Assembly (NCBI RefSeq): GCF_001194135.2
Contig: NC_068987.1
Coordinates: 33,631,651-33,685,543 of the forward strand
Length of the DNA: 53,893 bases
Reading direction: 5' to 3'
Source of the DNA: Octopus bimaculoides
Taxonomy: Eukaryota
Of the stretch, positions 1 through 13,200 are shown one piece after another (the first letter of the stretch is position 1; the number at the start of each line of letters is the position of its first letter). Under the pieces are notes generated by a model, which saw only the letters and a program-made list of their open reading frames with translations, was not told where the DNA came from and ran no database searches. The position numbers and the translations under genes are program-made.

Positions 1-59
1 ATATAGCTGAATATCCGTTTCTTACATTACTAAAAATATTTTGATCCTCTGAAAGTCGG

Positions 60-226
60 TGATCGGGCAAAATCGTTAAGATATCGAGGAAAATACTTAG
101 CGGCACTTCGGCCGCTTTTACATCCTTTTATAGTCGATAAAATAAGTACCAGTTGTGCACCCAGCTCGTTGTAACCGACCTAACCCCTCCACTAAACCTG
201 CTGCCTTGTGCCAAAATCTGAAACTA
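60..226 (+). mobile_element. Degenerate tRNA-derived SINE, family B
   Basis: Contains the family blocks 'gtcgataaaataagtaccagttg' and 'ccttgtgccaaaatctgaaac', which recur at 35146-35360 and, reversed, at 51478-51693 and 52010-52403. Confidence 0.65.
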
Positions 227-1769
227 TTGTAAGAAAAGAAGTTTAGCAAGCAGTTGTTTTTCGCCCGAGATTTTATTGATACGTAAAGCATCGTTTCTTT
301 GAGTGCTGTATTCTAAGAACTTCCAGTGTTCGTTTAACTAGTTATGGCTGAGACTATATATGATAGTGTATACATGTTGTTCATGTCAGTTGAAATAGCA
401 TAATATCGTGCTAATATATCAGTTTATGGAAAAAGAAAGAAGTGAAATATTTTCTATTGTCTCGAAACCGAAAGGTTTCAGGTTGTGGAAATATTGTAGT
501 TTATTGGATTAGTGTATATTCATTTATTTAGCACAAGGTCAAGAGATCAGATAATCGGATAAGTCAGACTGACATTATTAAAAAATTAGGCACGATATAT
601 TATGTGAATAATAAAAACCTAAAATGGTATGTACTATTCGGATTTCATATTGCTGTTGATATGCTGCCTTGATATCTAAAGAAATATCTAATGTTTTGGT
701 TTTGTGTTTCAATATTCATAGCATTTTTAGTGTAGAGAATCTAGAGAAATACGATTGACGGTAAGGTATTACCTTATCTAAGAGACAAGCTGAAATAATA
801 ATTTGGAGTGTATTTTTATTTGTTAAAATAACAATATACACCATATTATTACATCATGGCCTGTTGTAGATAAGGTGTAATCCTATATACAGTAATTTTT
901 TCTACAGCCTCTGTACCTTCGAAACGCTATCAATGTTGAAAACCCAAACTAAGACAGCGAATAAAAACACCGAATGCATTAATTCATGCCATGATATGCA
1001 CAAATATCTCATTTGACACAATAACGACCGACATCCGAATAGTAGAAGAAAACATATTATTCTCTTTCCGCTTCAAATGATATTTCGATACTACCAAATT
1101 ATATATAACGCTAGACCGACATCTCCTGTATTAGAATCTCGTTACGTTGTAGTAAGTAAATAAATACAAAAATTATTCAATAAAATGGACTATTACTACT
1201 CTAAAATAGTTTACCTTCAAAATTTCATGAAATAAATAATCTTATTTTTTCATGATCACATGCATTGGCTGCGTTCATTCCATATTGGTGTACACGTATG
1301 CATAAATATTAAGTCATTTGATTGAACGCACGGACCCAGGAACATATTAACTACTACAGAAAATAGAAAAGACAACATATAAGATAACCAGACAACTTAA
1401 GATTTCATTTCAACCAACACACAGACTTACAGAAAACGTATTTGAACATGCATGCATCAAGCTTATACCTCAAAACAATTAAGCTAACACGTACCGATAG
1501 AAGATCTAAAAATAAAACAAGTAATTGCAGGGACAGAGATCTGGTTTCATTGTTTGTTTGTGAAATATATACTGTTACGATTTAAAACTTATTGGTATAA
1601 TTAAGAATAAAGTGCAGTTTAATTGAAATCGCTTTTATGGAACTTGTTATTTGAATAAGCAACATGACTTAGATTTATTTGGTTTAGATTGAATTACTGA
1701 ACCAGACTTACGTAGTAAACTATTGCACTCTATTCGCATACATTCAAACGCTTCAGGTAGTCCTATGAA

Positions 1770-2560
1770 AGTTCATTCCAAGTTGCCTAATAATAACAAA
1801 GTGTCATGTACTCTGACACTACACCTGGCGGGGAAATTGTATACCTTTTTTTCAAAGATTTGTTGGGACGTTGTAAGATGCCTAGCCATTTCTGATTGGC
1901 AACCATGGTGATTAACAGAGAAACCGTCGTCCAGAGACCACAATGATTTTGCTACTCTACAAATGGTACATAGCTTTTATTATTAGTTGACTATTTTTGG
2001 AAGTGGCTCGAAATTTTCATGATGAAAGATATTTTAGATTCATCTACATTTCACAAGCTAATGTAAATAATCAATCAGTTTGGTTTACCAGACGACCTTG
2101 CATCAGATATTGAACCTCGATTTATGTCATCAAGTTTTAATCAGCTTTGCGAAACCAACGCCATATGCCATATTTTTGTACCACCTTAACATTTTCAGTC
2201 TAACGAACAGGCAGAGAGATTTACTGATGCATTTAAAAGAGCACTCTTTAAATCAAAAGGAATGAAAATACCACAGAAGCAACACTAAAGCTTTTACTTG
2301 TTTCACCGAGGTACTCCTAACAAAACTACCTCTGCACATAATTAACATACAGAATCTATGCTTGAGAGTAAAATTAGAACAATTAGGGCACATATTTTTA
2401 AACTTAATTGTACAAAAGAAGCCAAACGAGATTTAAACTACTATTACAAGAAGTACATCAGAGAGTTCCATCTCGGACAGCCAGTATGAGTATAGCAATT
2501 TAGAAACAAAAATTTGGTGTGGTCGCTTGGTATAGATAAATAGTGATATGCAAGTTATTT
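1770..2560 (+). pseudogene. Ty3/Gypsy LTR-retrotransposon integrase remnant (frameshifts and stops)
   Basis: Manual translation gives WQPW (1897-1908), LLLVDYFWKWLEIF (about 1978-2020; cf. LIVVDAFSKWPEV), HFQSNEQAERFTDAFKRAL (from 2190; cf. HPQSNGQAERFV) and HRGTPN...SKIRT, in the order expected for a Gypsy integrase core. Confidence 0.8.
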
Positions 2561-2769
2561 ACTAAATTCAAGTGAATGTTCAGATCTGGACAAGACATAG
2601 TAATCAAATAAGTAGAAGAGAAATAATTCCGAAAAAATATAGGTCGAAGAAGGGAGATAATCCGTGAACATTCTGCTGGAAGAATTCAATTTGTTTTCAG
2701 CCCAAGAATACAGAGAAATGACTGCACAAATAAACTCAACGATAACAAAATGTCCTACGACAGTGGAAT

Positions 2770-2958
2770 TTAATTTGTTGTTGAGGAGTAAGACGTTAGG
2801 GATAGGACGAACAATAGTTTTTGGCACTTAAACGTTTTAGTACGTGAACCTGGGGTTCAATCTGTAACTGTCAGTCTCTCTTCATAGTCTGCGTTTCTTG
2901 GTCGCGTTTATCGTCTAATAGACAGTGTTGTGGACTTGATGATTGTTATAATATAACA
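2770..2958 (+). mobile_element. Possible 3' LTR of the upstream Gypsy remnant
   Basis: Follows the integrase remnant and ends in ...ATATAACA, an LTR-like terminus. The left boundary, PPT and TSD are unclear. Confidence 0.25.
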
Positions 2959-3482
2959 ATCCAAATAACAACTACAGTTAAAGTTACTGTGTCGATGCCT
3001 AAGCATAACTCGTCCTCTAAATTCTCTTCGTCAAACTAGTTCAACAATACAGCTTCAGTACTCTTTTATTCTTTCTCAAACCTTCAGGTTGTAAGAGCTC
3101 TCGTGAGTTCGGTTCTAATATTCGGTTATTCGAGTAATCTGACATTCAAAATAAATTTCACAGCCCAACGAAGAAATTAAACTTAAATTCTTGTTTAGCA
3201 GACAAGAACACAGATAGCGGTAGTACAGCTCCTACAAGAAATGACAGTGATTCTTTTATTTACCATTACCATTATTGTTGTACTCATTCTCTTAGTGTTA
3301 TTCCGATATTTGCCCTTGATCCTATATCCGCCACTTGATGCTAGCTAAGTTTCGCTTTACATATCTATTGTTTCAGATTTAACAGTCTAGCTTGGCTAGA
3401 ACTATGATTGCTACGAACAAAATTTCTAATATGGTTTGCTTACTATCGTCAAAAGAAAATAGACTATCGTAAAAATAAATTA

Positions 3483-3600
3483 TGTGTGTCTGCGTGTGTG
3501 TGTGTGTGTGCGTGTGTGTGTATGTGTGTGTGTGAGTGTATATGTGTGTGTGTGTGTGTGTTAGTGTGTGTGTGTGTGTGTGAGCATAGATGTGTGTATG
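3483..3600. repeat. (GT)n microsatellite
   Basis: Directly visible. Confidence 0.95.
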
Positions 3601-3635
3601 ATGTATTTATATAGTCTTTATTCATTTTTCTCTTA

Positions 3636-4003
3636 TTTGTTTCAGTCATTTGACTGCGGTTTTGTTGGCGCATCGGCTTCAGTCCAACAAATCGATCCCA
3701 GGACTTATCCTTTGTAAGCCTAGTTCTTATTCTATCGGTCTCATTTGCCAAACCGCTAATTTATGGGGACGTAAACACACGAACATCGGTTGTAAAGCAA
3801 TGGTGGAGGTACAAACATAGACACACACACACACATAAACGATGGGCTTCTTATAGTTTCCGTCAAACAAATCCACTTACAAAGCTTTGGTCAGCCCGAG
3901 ACTATAGTAGAATACGCTTGCCCAAGGTGCCACACAGTGGGGCTGAACCCGGAACCATGTGGTTGGTAAGCAAGCTACTTACCACAAAGCCACTCCTGCA
4001 CCT
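3636..4003 (-). mobile_element. tRNA-derived CORE-type SINE, family A, near full length
   Basis: Minus strand starts AGGTGCAGGAGTGGCTTTGTGGTAAG (A box), then GGTTCAGCCCC (B box), a CORE-like TGGCACCTTGGGCAAGCG, an internal (GT)n and a conserved 3' tail. Homologous copies at 6007, 23545, 29810 and 31747. Confidence 0.9.
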
Positions 4004-4249
4004 ATGTGTATACATATGTATGAATATGAAAAGACACCACTCCGCACATACACCCACGTATCTAAATTGTCATGGACGCAGATTTGCCTAGGTATTGTCT
4101 GCTGCACCATGGGTATAATAATTGCAGCACCCACATTGGCTTTTCCGCTTCATCGAAATCTGAGGGAATCAATATGGTTTTCTACACGCAAATCTTATAT
4201 GTGTAAACACATAAACACGTATACATGTAGTCGCACATACATTATTCTC

Positions 4250-4786
4250 GTGGTCTATATTTCCAATTGCTTTACCCGAATGTCCTCTCTCAATCGCTTC
4301 AAACATTGAAGTAAAACTCTCGATTGACAGTCTGGCACTGAGGGGTTAATTTTCGATGGACAATACCACATTTCCGGGGATGACGCTCGTGGCAGGTCTT
4401 CCAAATCGCTCATCGCATTCCAGGATAGGTGTTCCGTTTTTGAAGCGCTGGTACTACTCTAAACATTGCGTATAACCCATTGCCTATCGCTGAAAGCTTG
4501 CTGGAGCATGCTTAGTGTCTCTTCAGATTTCTCTAGCAAACGTCACAAGTCTACCGCAAAATTTCACGTTGGCTCTTTGTTCCAACTTCCTGTCCATGAC
4601 AAAATAGCAGACAACAGTATGCACTTGATCACAAAACTGCTCATTTCACAACTTGCGAAACCGCAATATCACTAGGTACGCTGCTTTATGAAGGTCACTG
4701 CTACCTCTCACTGCACATGCAAGCGTATGTTGCCAACCATTGCCGCGCTATAGGACAAGTCCGTGAATTCATGAAAGCACCTCGTA
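4250..4786 (-). mobile_element. Internally deleted mariner relic (5' TIR, N-terminal HTH, and a later transposase segment)
   Basis: TA+CGAGG terminus at 4786-4780. ATG at 4597 gives MDRKLEQRANVKFC; ERFGRPATSVIPGNV is then joined directly to GIVH...QTVNREFY at about 4366. Confidence 0.8.
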
Positions 4787-4936
4787 TGTCTATGCATCCA
4801 TACATATGTGTGTGTGAGAAAAAGAGAGAGAGTTAGACAGACAGAGAATACAAGCACACATGCGCATGTGTACGGACTAAAGCATACATACACATACACA
4901 GACACACACACATATACATATATACACACATACTGA

Positions 4937-4956
4937 GATAGATAGGTAAGTAGATG

Positions 4957-5010
<54 letters not shown>
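4937..5010. repeat. (GATA)n microsatellite
   Basis: Directly visible. Confidence 0.95.
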
Positions 5011-5012
<2 letters not shown>

Positions 5013-5013
5013 T

Positions 5014-5168
5014 TAGTTTCAAATTTTAAGTAATTTCAGGGGCGGTGATAGTTCTGGTACTTATTTTATTGACACTGAAAGAAGGAAAGGCAATGTCAAT
5101 GTCGGCGGAACTTCAACTCAGAATGTAGAGACAGATGAAATGCTACTAAGCATTTTGCCCTACACGGC
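5014..5168 (-). mobile_element. Degenerate SINE, family B
   Basis: 'ctggtacttattttattgac...ggcaatgtcaatgtcggcggaacttcaactcagaatg...tactaagcatttt' matches the reverse of the family B copies. Confidence 0.7.
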
Positions 5169-5798
5169 ATAGATAAATATTAAAGAAAAATTGGTATAGA
5201 ATACATACATCAAATTAGTTGCCTTTTGTTTTTTATTATTTACCAGAATTAATTTCTTCTGGTAATGAGACTATGACAATGTATTTGTCTGACATTTAAA
5301 ATATTTTGCGTGTATATTGTTTTTAGCTGTATAAAAGTTTACAACGTTTCCTATTTTCTTGCATGATATGACATATTACATTGACAGCTTCTTTGATATG
5401 AACGTTTCGAAACAACTTTCTTTAAAATGTCATAATATAGCATTCGCTCTTCCTTTTCTTTCTTAAAATGAATTTAGAATAAAAGCTGTTTCTACACAGA
5501 ACTGTAATATATTTCTGTCTCCGTACTTAACTCTTGAGATTTAAAAACCACTAATTTATAGCTTTTCTTAAACAAAGGAGAACAAAATAAGTTAAGGGAT
5601 ATAACACATTAATTATGCAGTTACCTGTTGTTTTTCCTGTTTGACATATTGTATGAGGAGGCGTTCGAATGGTCTCGATATAAAACTAATGTTAATTTTC
5701 AACAGCTATAACTGACTTTCATGTTATTGCTGTTAGATGTTGCGCTGTAAGAGTGACTGATAGAAAGTCGATTCTTATTCTAATTATTGGGAAAATAC

Positions 5799-5799
<1 letters not shown>

Positions 5800-5855
<56 letters not shown>

Positions 5856-5918
5856 NNNNNNNNNNATATATATACACCCTTTTCCTTCTCTGAACGTCAT
5901 ATTAATATTTTGACGTTT

Positions 5919-5950
<32 letters not shown>

Positions 5951-5956
5951 ACACAA

Positions 5957-6000
<44 letters not shown>
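5800..6000. repeat. (CA)n tracts flanking a 10-N gap
   Basis: Directly visible. Confidence 0.9.
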
Positions 6001-6003
<3 letters not shown>

Positions 6004-6006
6004 CAC

Positions 6007-6163
6007 GACGGGCTTCTTTCAGTTTCTGTCTACCAAATCCATTCTCAAGGCTTTGGTCGGCGCGAAGCTCTAGTAGAAGTCACTTGCTCAAAATGCCACG
6101 CAGTCGGACTGAATCCGAAACAATGTGGCTGGGAAACAAGCTACTTACCACACAGTCACTCCT
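6007..6163 (-). mobile_element. SINE family A, head and CORE only
   Basis: Same head, B box and CORE region as 3840-4003. Confidence 0.8.
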
Positions 6164-6744
6164 ATATATATGCAGACGTTTACATTTAATAACACATTGG
6201 GCTTTTTCCATAAACCCAAACTGGCAATTAAAAGTGCACATTGTCCAACAATTAAGGTTCTCAGATAATATTATGTTAACGACACACAATCCAAGCATAG
6301 TAATTTTTTTTGATACTATCATGCACTACGACGAACGGATGGAAGTTGCTCACGATGGATAGCTTACAGTATCCCAGGATTTGTAGACTCTTGCAGAAGC
6401 CGAGATTGGTGGCATCGCATCAAACCAATTAGAATAAGATGCTGAGTTTTGTGGCCGTCCATTGTATATAGCGCTGAGAGGGCTTGGTGTTACTGGTTCA
6501 GCAAGAGTAGATCCATCTTTTTTAAAACTGAAGTTGCAAACAAGGCTAATAGGCTAATTGGAATAAAACAGGAAAACAAAGAGCATGGTTTGCTACCAAT
6601 CATATACAAGCTGTGCCATACACTAGCTGGGTCAACTGAGTGAAATCACTTGAGACCCAGAAAACGTACTTCATAATGCATACCAAATTAGCCGTAAGGT
6701 ACATTATAGACAGAGCGTGCGTATGCGCTCTCAAACGCACGAAA

Positions 6745-7011
6745 ACACACACACACACACGCACACACACAGACACTCACATTCACACGCGCGCACACAC
6801 ACATGCACACGCACACACACATATATATATATACGCATATATGCATATCTATGTATATTTATGTATATATACATACCGATACACTTACACGCGTACATTC
6901 AAACACAAACACACAAACACACATTCACACATATAAATGCATAGACACATTCATAGATACCTACAAACAAACTTATATATGTGTGTGCGTTTATATAGAT
7001 ATGTACACACA

Positions 7012-7070
<59 letters not shown>

Positions 7071-7775
7071 NNNNNNNNNNNNNNNNNNNNNNNNNNNNNN
7101 NNNNNNNNNNNNNNNNNNNNNNNNNNNNNNNNNNNNNNNNNNNNNNNNNNNNNNNNNNNNNNNNNNNNNNNNNNNNNNNNNNNNNNNNNNNNNNNNNNNN
7201 NNNNNNNNNNNNNNNNNNNNNNNNNNNNNNNNNNNNNNNNNNNNNNNNNNNNNNNNNNNNNNNNNNNNNNNNNNNNNNNNNNNNNNNNNNNNNNNNNNNN
7301 NNNNNNNNNNNNNNNNNNNNNNNNNNNNNNNNNNNNNNNNNNNNNNNNNNNNNNNNNNNNNNNNNNNNNNNNNNNNNNNNNNNNNNNNNNNNNNNNNNNN
7401 NNNNNNNNNNNNNNNNNNNNNNNNNNNNNNNNNNNNNNNNNNNNNNNNNNNNNNNNNNNNNNNNNNNNNNNNNNNNNNNNNNNNNNNNNNNNNNNNNNNN
7501 NNNNNNNNNNNNNNNNNNNNNNNNNNNNNNNNNNNNNNNNNNNNNNNNNNNNNNNNNNNNNNNNNNNNNNNNNNNNNNNNNNNNNNNNNNNNNNNNNNNN
7601 NNNNNNNNNNNNNNNNNNNNNNNNNNNNNNNNNNNNNNNNNNNNNNNNNNNNNNNNNNNNNNNNNNNNNNNNNNNNNNNNNNNNNNNNNNNNNNNNNNNN
7701 NNNNNNNNNNNNNNNNNNNNNNNNNNNNNNNNNNNNNNNNNNNNNNNNNNNNNNNNNNNNNNNNNNNNNNNNNNN

Positions 7776-7840
<65 letters not shown>
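6745..7840. repeat. Compound (CA)/(TA)/(ATAG) microsatellite around gap 7071-7775
   Basis: Directly visible. Confidence 0.9.
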
Positions 7841-7842
<2 letters not shown>

Positions 7843-8595
7843 CAAAGTCTATGTACAGACACTGTGCATACAAATTAAACGTTACATAACCTTTTGCAAT
7901 GTACTTTTAATATATATTTAAGAAAATTTAATTTCCTGTTTCCACCTATCATTACGTCGACGAATTACAGTTAGTGTATTGATTCGATTTCTGCACCCAT
8001 CCCATCCCATCCACTCCCAGTCCATATCCGTTCTGTCCGCAACACTTGTGCACCTATTCCATCCACCTCATTTCTGTATCTGTTTCATCCGCCTCACATT
8101 AACACCCCTACCAACCAAGCCACGTCTGAAAACTATGTATTGAATCTCAGAAGATTGTAACTTACGATTCGCAGCTAGTAGAGCTTTGATTGTCAGATAG
8201 CATCATAGTTAAAAGTCTTGGACTAAGTAATCAAAGACATCGTTGATTAAATTTCAATGGAGAAATGTTCTGACATGTGGATTTTTACTTTATATATTCT
8301 CTTTCTTGTTCTTCGTGTTTTTACTGTAGCTGGCATGCCAGTCGTTTACTTATTTCTAATTAGGTGCATAATATACGTGAAATGCACACGCTCTTTTTAC
8401 TGCTTCTAATTCATTCTGTTATTACATACCCTCACATACGTCCAACTCACGAACATACACTTACATACACACAAAAATACGCACATATACGTGTCTATGT
8501 GTATAAACGTGTACATATGTCTCTGTGTAAACATATATATGTATATATACATGCATATATTTGTATATATATGTGCATATATATATATATATATA

Positions 8596-9488
8596 NNNNN
8601 NNNNNNNNNNNNNNNNNNNNNNNNNNNNNNNNNNNNNNNNNNNNNNNNNNNNNNNNNNNNNNNNNNNNNNNNNNNNNNNNNNNNNNNNNNNNNNNNNNNN
8701 NNNNNNNNNNNNNNNNNNNNNNNNNNNNNNNNNNNNNNNNNNNNNNNNNNNNNNNNNNNNNNNNNNNNNNNNNNNNNNNNNNNNNNNNNNNNNNNNNNNN
8801 NNNNNNNNNNNNNNNNNNNNNNNNNNNNNNNNNNNNNNNNNNNNNNNNNNNNNNNNNNNNNNNNNNNNNNNNNNNNNNNNNNNNNNNNNNNNNNNNNNNN
8901 NNNNNNNNNNNNNNNNNNNNNNNNNNNNNNNNNNNNNNNNNNNNNNNNNNNNNNNNNNNNNNNNNNNNNNNNNNNNNNNNNNNNNNNNNNNNNNNNNNNN
9001 NNNNNNNNNNNNNNNNNNNNNNNNNNNNNNNNNNNNNNNNNNNNNNNNNNNNNNNNNNNNNNNNNNNNNNNNNNNNNNNNNNNNNNNNNNNNNNNNNNNN
9101 NNNNNNNNNNNNNNNNNNNNNNNNNNNNNNNNNNNNNNNNNNNNNNNNNNNNNNNNNNNNNNNNNNNNNNNNNNNNNNNNNNNNNNNNNNNNNNNNNNNN
9201 NNNNNNNNNNNNNNNNNNNNNNNNNNNNNNNNNNNNNNNNNNNNNNNNNNNNNNNNNNNNNNNNNNNNNNNNNNNNNNNNNNNNNNNNNNNNNNNNNNNN
9301 NNNNNNNNNNNNNNNNNNNNNNNNNNNNNNNNNNNNNNNNNNNNNNNNNNNNNNNNNNNNNNNNNNNNNNNNNNNNNNNNNNNNNNNNNNNNNNNNNNNN
9401 NNNNNNNNNNNNNNNNNNNNNNNNNNNNNNNNNNNNNNNNNNNNNNNNNNNNNNNNNNNNNNNNNNNNNNNNNNNNNNNNNNNNNNNN
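8596..9488. other. Assembly gap flanked by (TA)n
   Basis: N run. Other gaps: 5857-5866, 7071-7775, 21153-21541, 30861-31745, 36266-36773, 37719-38563, 39138-39233, 39997-40670, 41173-41701, 49196-49318, 52737-52746. Confidence 0.99.
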
Positions 9489-11488
9489 TATATATATATA
9501 TATATATCTTTTTATATATTAGCTGATTTAGTTATTGGAGATGTAAGTGACATAAAAGCTTTTGTGACATAAAAACCCCAAAACCCTTACTGACCCTGTT
9601 GCAGCATACGTGCAAATTCCCAAAACATGATGCCAGATTTCAAGATCATGGATTGTTTCAAATATACTAATTACCACACAAAAACATTTTCCTCATCTGA
9701 TTCAAATCTCTTTACTTCTTCAGATAGACTAATATTTTTCAGGTTCTTTCATATTTACTTGATTTTCATACTAGATTGCGAAGAAATCACATACTTTATG
9801 TTCTTTCTGGCATTTACCATCATATTTGTCTCCCTGCTTCTTTGATATAACTAATCCCCGTGGAAACAAATCATATGAAATCCTGTATTTTATACTAAAT
9901 ATGAAATCAATGGTCTTGTCTATATATCACATTTCCGTCAGTTCCTATCAAGGATCCAGGCAACATATGTGTGTACACATTTACCAACAGAGATATAGAT
10001 ACTTTTACTCGCATTTTGTACAGATTTATTGCACTTCTTTTGTAGATGGTTAATACTTGCGACCACTTTTCCACACATATAACGTTTACTATGATATCAA
10101 ATGTTATGAAATATATTGAGAAGGAATTTAAATATACTTCAGAGTATTTATTCAGTCAAATTTTATGTCTGACAATGCATCTGTAAACACAGCTATTATA
10201 ATAATCAGTTACAGATTTATGTACATATTTGCGAGTAATGGCAAAATGACCTGTCCAAGATGACTTACAACACCATAGATAGATTTAACATCTTATAGTT
10301 ATTCCACATGTAGTTTAGTGAATAAGATATGCCATAAAATAATAAATTATGACATTATCTATTAATTGCAACCTGCAGAGATAGAAGTGATATTATAAAT
10401 ATTTACCGTATTGCTATTATAAATCATATTATTATGAACAGAATTGTACATAAACATAAATATAAACATAGTATATGTACATTTATACAAACGTACATAC
10501 ATACACACATAGATATATACAAACAAACATAATATGTACAGTATATGTGTGTGTATGTGTGTGTGTACACCCACATACACACACAATTAATGTGAGGAAG
10601 CAATGTGAGAAATGAAAGTGAATAAAACTTTAAATCCTTTGTTAAATAAACGTTTGAACTCTATAGAGAGCATGTGATAAGACTAACAAGAGGAATATCA
10701 GTTATATTTTCCATCTTGAAAAACAGCGACTCACTTGAAGATATATTCTGACACACACAACTGTTATCGTCTTCTAAATACATACAATGATACTGAAGTT
10801 TTATTAATCGAATGAAGATCGTTCTCGATCAACAAATAAAGCTTATGGGAAATGAATAATGGTAACATCCGAAGATGACTATTGCAGCAGCTAAAACTTT
10901 ATAACCGTGATTTATTTCTATCTACTACAAATCGGAGTATCATGTAACTTGTCATAGAGAGGAACGGCTCTTGAGATATGTTAGTATGCTGGTTGGATGT
11001 TGTTGTCCTTAACATTTCATCTAGCAGGAACGGAAAGATGGTAATTTCTTAACTTTGCAAACTAGCATAAATGACTGATAAGTAAATACCAAGAAATTTA
11101 AAACGATTGAATTCTTACAGAATTTACTTGTTCTTAAGAATTCAATTCAACAAAGAAAAAATCATTTCCATATTCATTCGTACACTGACTCGCGCGCGCA
11201 CGCACACATTCTATATTGAATATTCCTATGAAGTTCTTGGTTTTGCATCTGAAAACTATAGGATTAAAAATCGACCCAGCGCATATTTAAAATTGCTATC
11301 ACACAAACATCTCCAGCGGGGCATATATCAGTTAAAATAGACTCGCTGAATTTAGCCAGTGTTCTTCCTGATCTGATTTTACGACAAAATTAAAATATTT
11401 AAAATGTATCATACCAAAAGCAACGATTGTCTTTGAAAATTATTTTAAGTGAAGCTGGTTTGAATTTTCAGGTATGGCAAATTGTTTC

Positions 11489-11652
11489 TGTTGTGTCGAC
11501 GCCCCCAAGCGAAGAAGTAGGTCGCCCAAGACATATAAATAGAGGTAGTCTAGCCGTGGTAGAGGAGTTGAGTAACTGTTGAGTAGCTGTCGTGTAGCGG
11601 TTGAGTAGACATCATCCGAAGGTGCTAGATAGCAGTAGCTTGAGACATAACA
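11489..11652 (+). mobile_element. Solo LTR (164 bp) with 5-bp target-site duplication
   Basis: Begins TGTTGTG and ends CATAACA (TG...CA, 6/7 inverted terminal match). Flanked by GTTTC at 11484-11488 and 11653-11657. Internal TATAAA at 11534-11539. Confidence 0.75.
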
Positions 11653-12129
11653 GTTTCTAAATTGGGCAAAAGACCAACAATACTAAAAGGTGGGTAATCA
11701 TAGTGAATTGGTTAAGTTTTTACAACATCTTGTGGTATTTGTGCTGATATTCGCTGCTCCGATTTCAAGTATAACTTTACCTTTCATCCATTCACCTTCA
11801 TAAAAAGAACAAATCCACTGCGATTAGTTGGCAAATGTGTAAGAACGTGGAATTGGGTGTCTTGCGATATTTGTTCCAGCATTTTTCATTTTGATTTTAA
11901 CTCCCACCATGGCCTATTTCGATGGCACATTTCATTCTTCACCAGTTTAACACTACTCACTGAAAGTCTGGGTTCTTTGAGCTGACTCGACTTTATTGCA
12001 GGCAATGAGCTTTGGTCTCCGTCTTAATGATACGTTCCCCCCTCCAATTTTTCGCGGATATCATACATAGTATTACAGCTACTTCTCTCTCTACTAACTA
12101 AAAGATAAAAGCAAATGTCGATAACTTCT

Positions 12130-12425
12130 GGCCCAGTACTAAACTTATAAAGTATTTATCGATTTTGAAGAGATGAAAAGCAAAGTAGAGTTCGATGCCA
12201 TTTAAAATCAAAACGTAAAAGAGAAAAACAAGTATTGGTTTAAAAATTTGGCAAAAGGCCAGCGAGTTCGGAAGGAGGAGTGGCCATGGATTACATGGAT
12301 ACCAAGGCTTAACTGATACTTATTTTATCGACCTCATTGAAAATCTGAACTCAGAACGTAAAGACGAACGAAATAGAGATAAGCAATTTGGAAACCTGCT
12401 AAAGATTCTGCCAACTCACTGCCTT
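12130..12425 (-). mobile_element. Two adjacent degenerate SINE family B copies
   Basis: Contains 'tacttattttatcgacc', 'tctgaactcagaacgtaaagacg' and 'gattctgccaactc', plus a second partial copy at about 12130-12225. Confidence 0.6.
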
Positions 12426-12944
12426 ATTGCAGAGTATTTTATCCGATGAATTCCCGAATGCAGAATACTAGAAATTTGTTGGGAAAAGTATCGATTCGAT
12501 TATTTGGTCTGCTGGAATACTCTCAGCGAGGATGAGGGAAGGGAAAGAAGTAATAACAAACTACGATGGCTGGTAATTAGTCTGTAGTTCTTACACGTCT
12601 GCCAATTCTCCGATTAATAACACATTGTAATAAAAAAAAGTAGACACAGTATTGATATTTGCAATGCTTTGTACATAGTTGACTGAAGGGTCGAATGAGA
12701 TATATATCTTTTTAGAAAGCTGGGTAGAATTGATTAAACCGATTCATCTCTAACAGTTACAGATGAAACCAGCACGATAGACATCAATGTCGGAGAGATT
12801 ATATTTCAAACTTGACAAGAGAAAAATAGATAAAAATTAAACAAATTATTTACTCCGGTGTTCCATTTTCTATACATCATTCATTGGATTGTAGAACAGA
12901 AAATATCAACTCAGTCCAGGTCTGTGAAATAACATAGATATGTA

Positions 12945-13108
12945 TGTATATATGTTTGTATGTATGTATGTATGTATGTATGTATGTATGTATGTATGTA
13001 TGTATATAGGTATGTGTGTGTACGTGTTCGTATGTATCTGCGTGTGTGTAGATATGTATTTATTAATAAATATATAAATACACACGCGCACATACATATA
13101 TATGTATG

Positions 13109-13164
<56 letters not shown>

Positions 13165-13200
13165 CATTATACATACATATACGGATACATACATACACAT
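12945..13200. repeat. Compound (TATG)/(TA)/(CA) microsatellite
   Basis: Directly visible. Confidence 0.9.

Noticed and set aside
3940-4003. tRNA genes at SINE heads (also 30230-30285 and 35146-35230)
   Set aside because: A and B boxes are present, but there is no complete cloverleaf and each continues into a SINE body.
6803-9572. Long ORFs of 250-400 aa in the supplied track, here and at 21, 31, 36, 38, 40 and 41 kb
   Set aside because: They are translations of N runs and microsatellites (poly-X, HT, YI, CV repeats), not genes.
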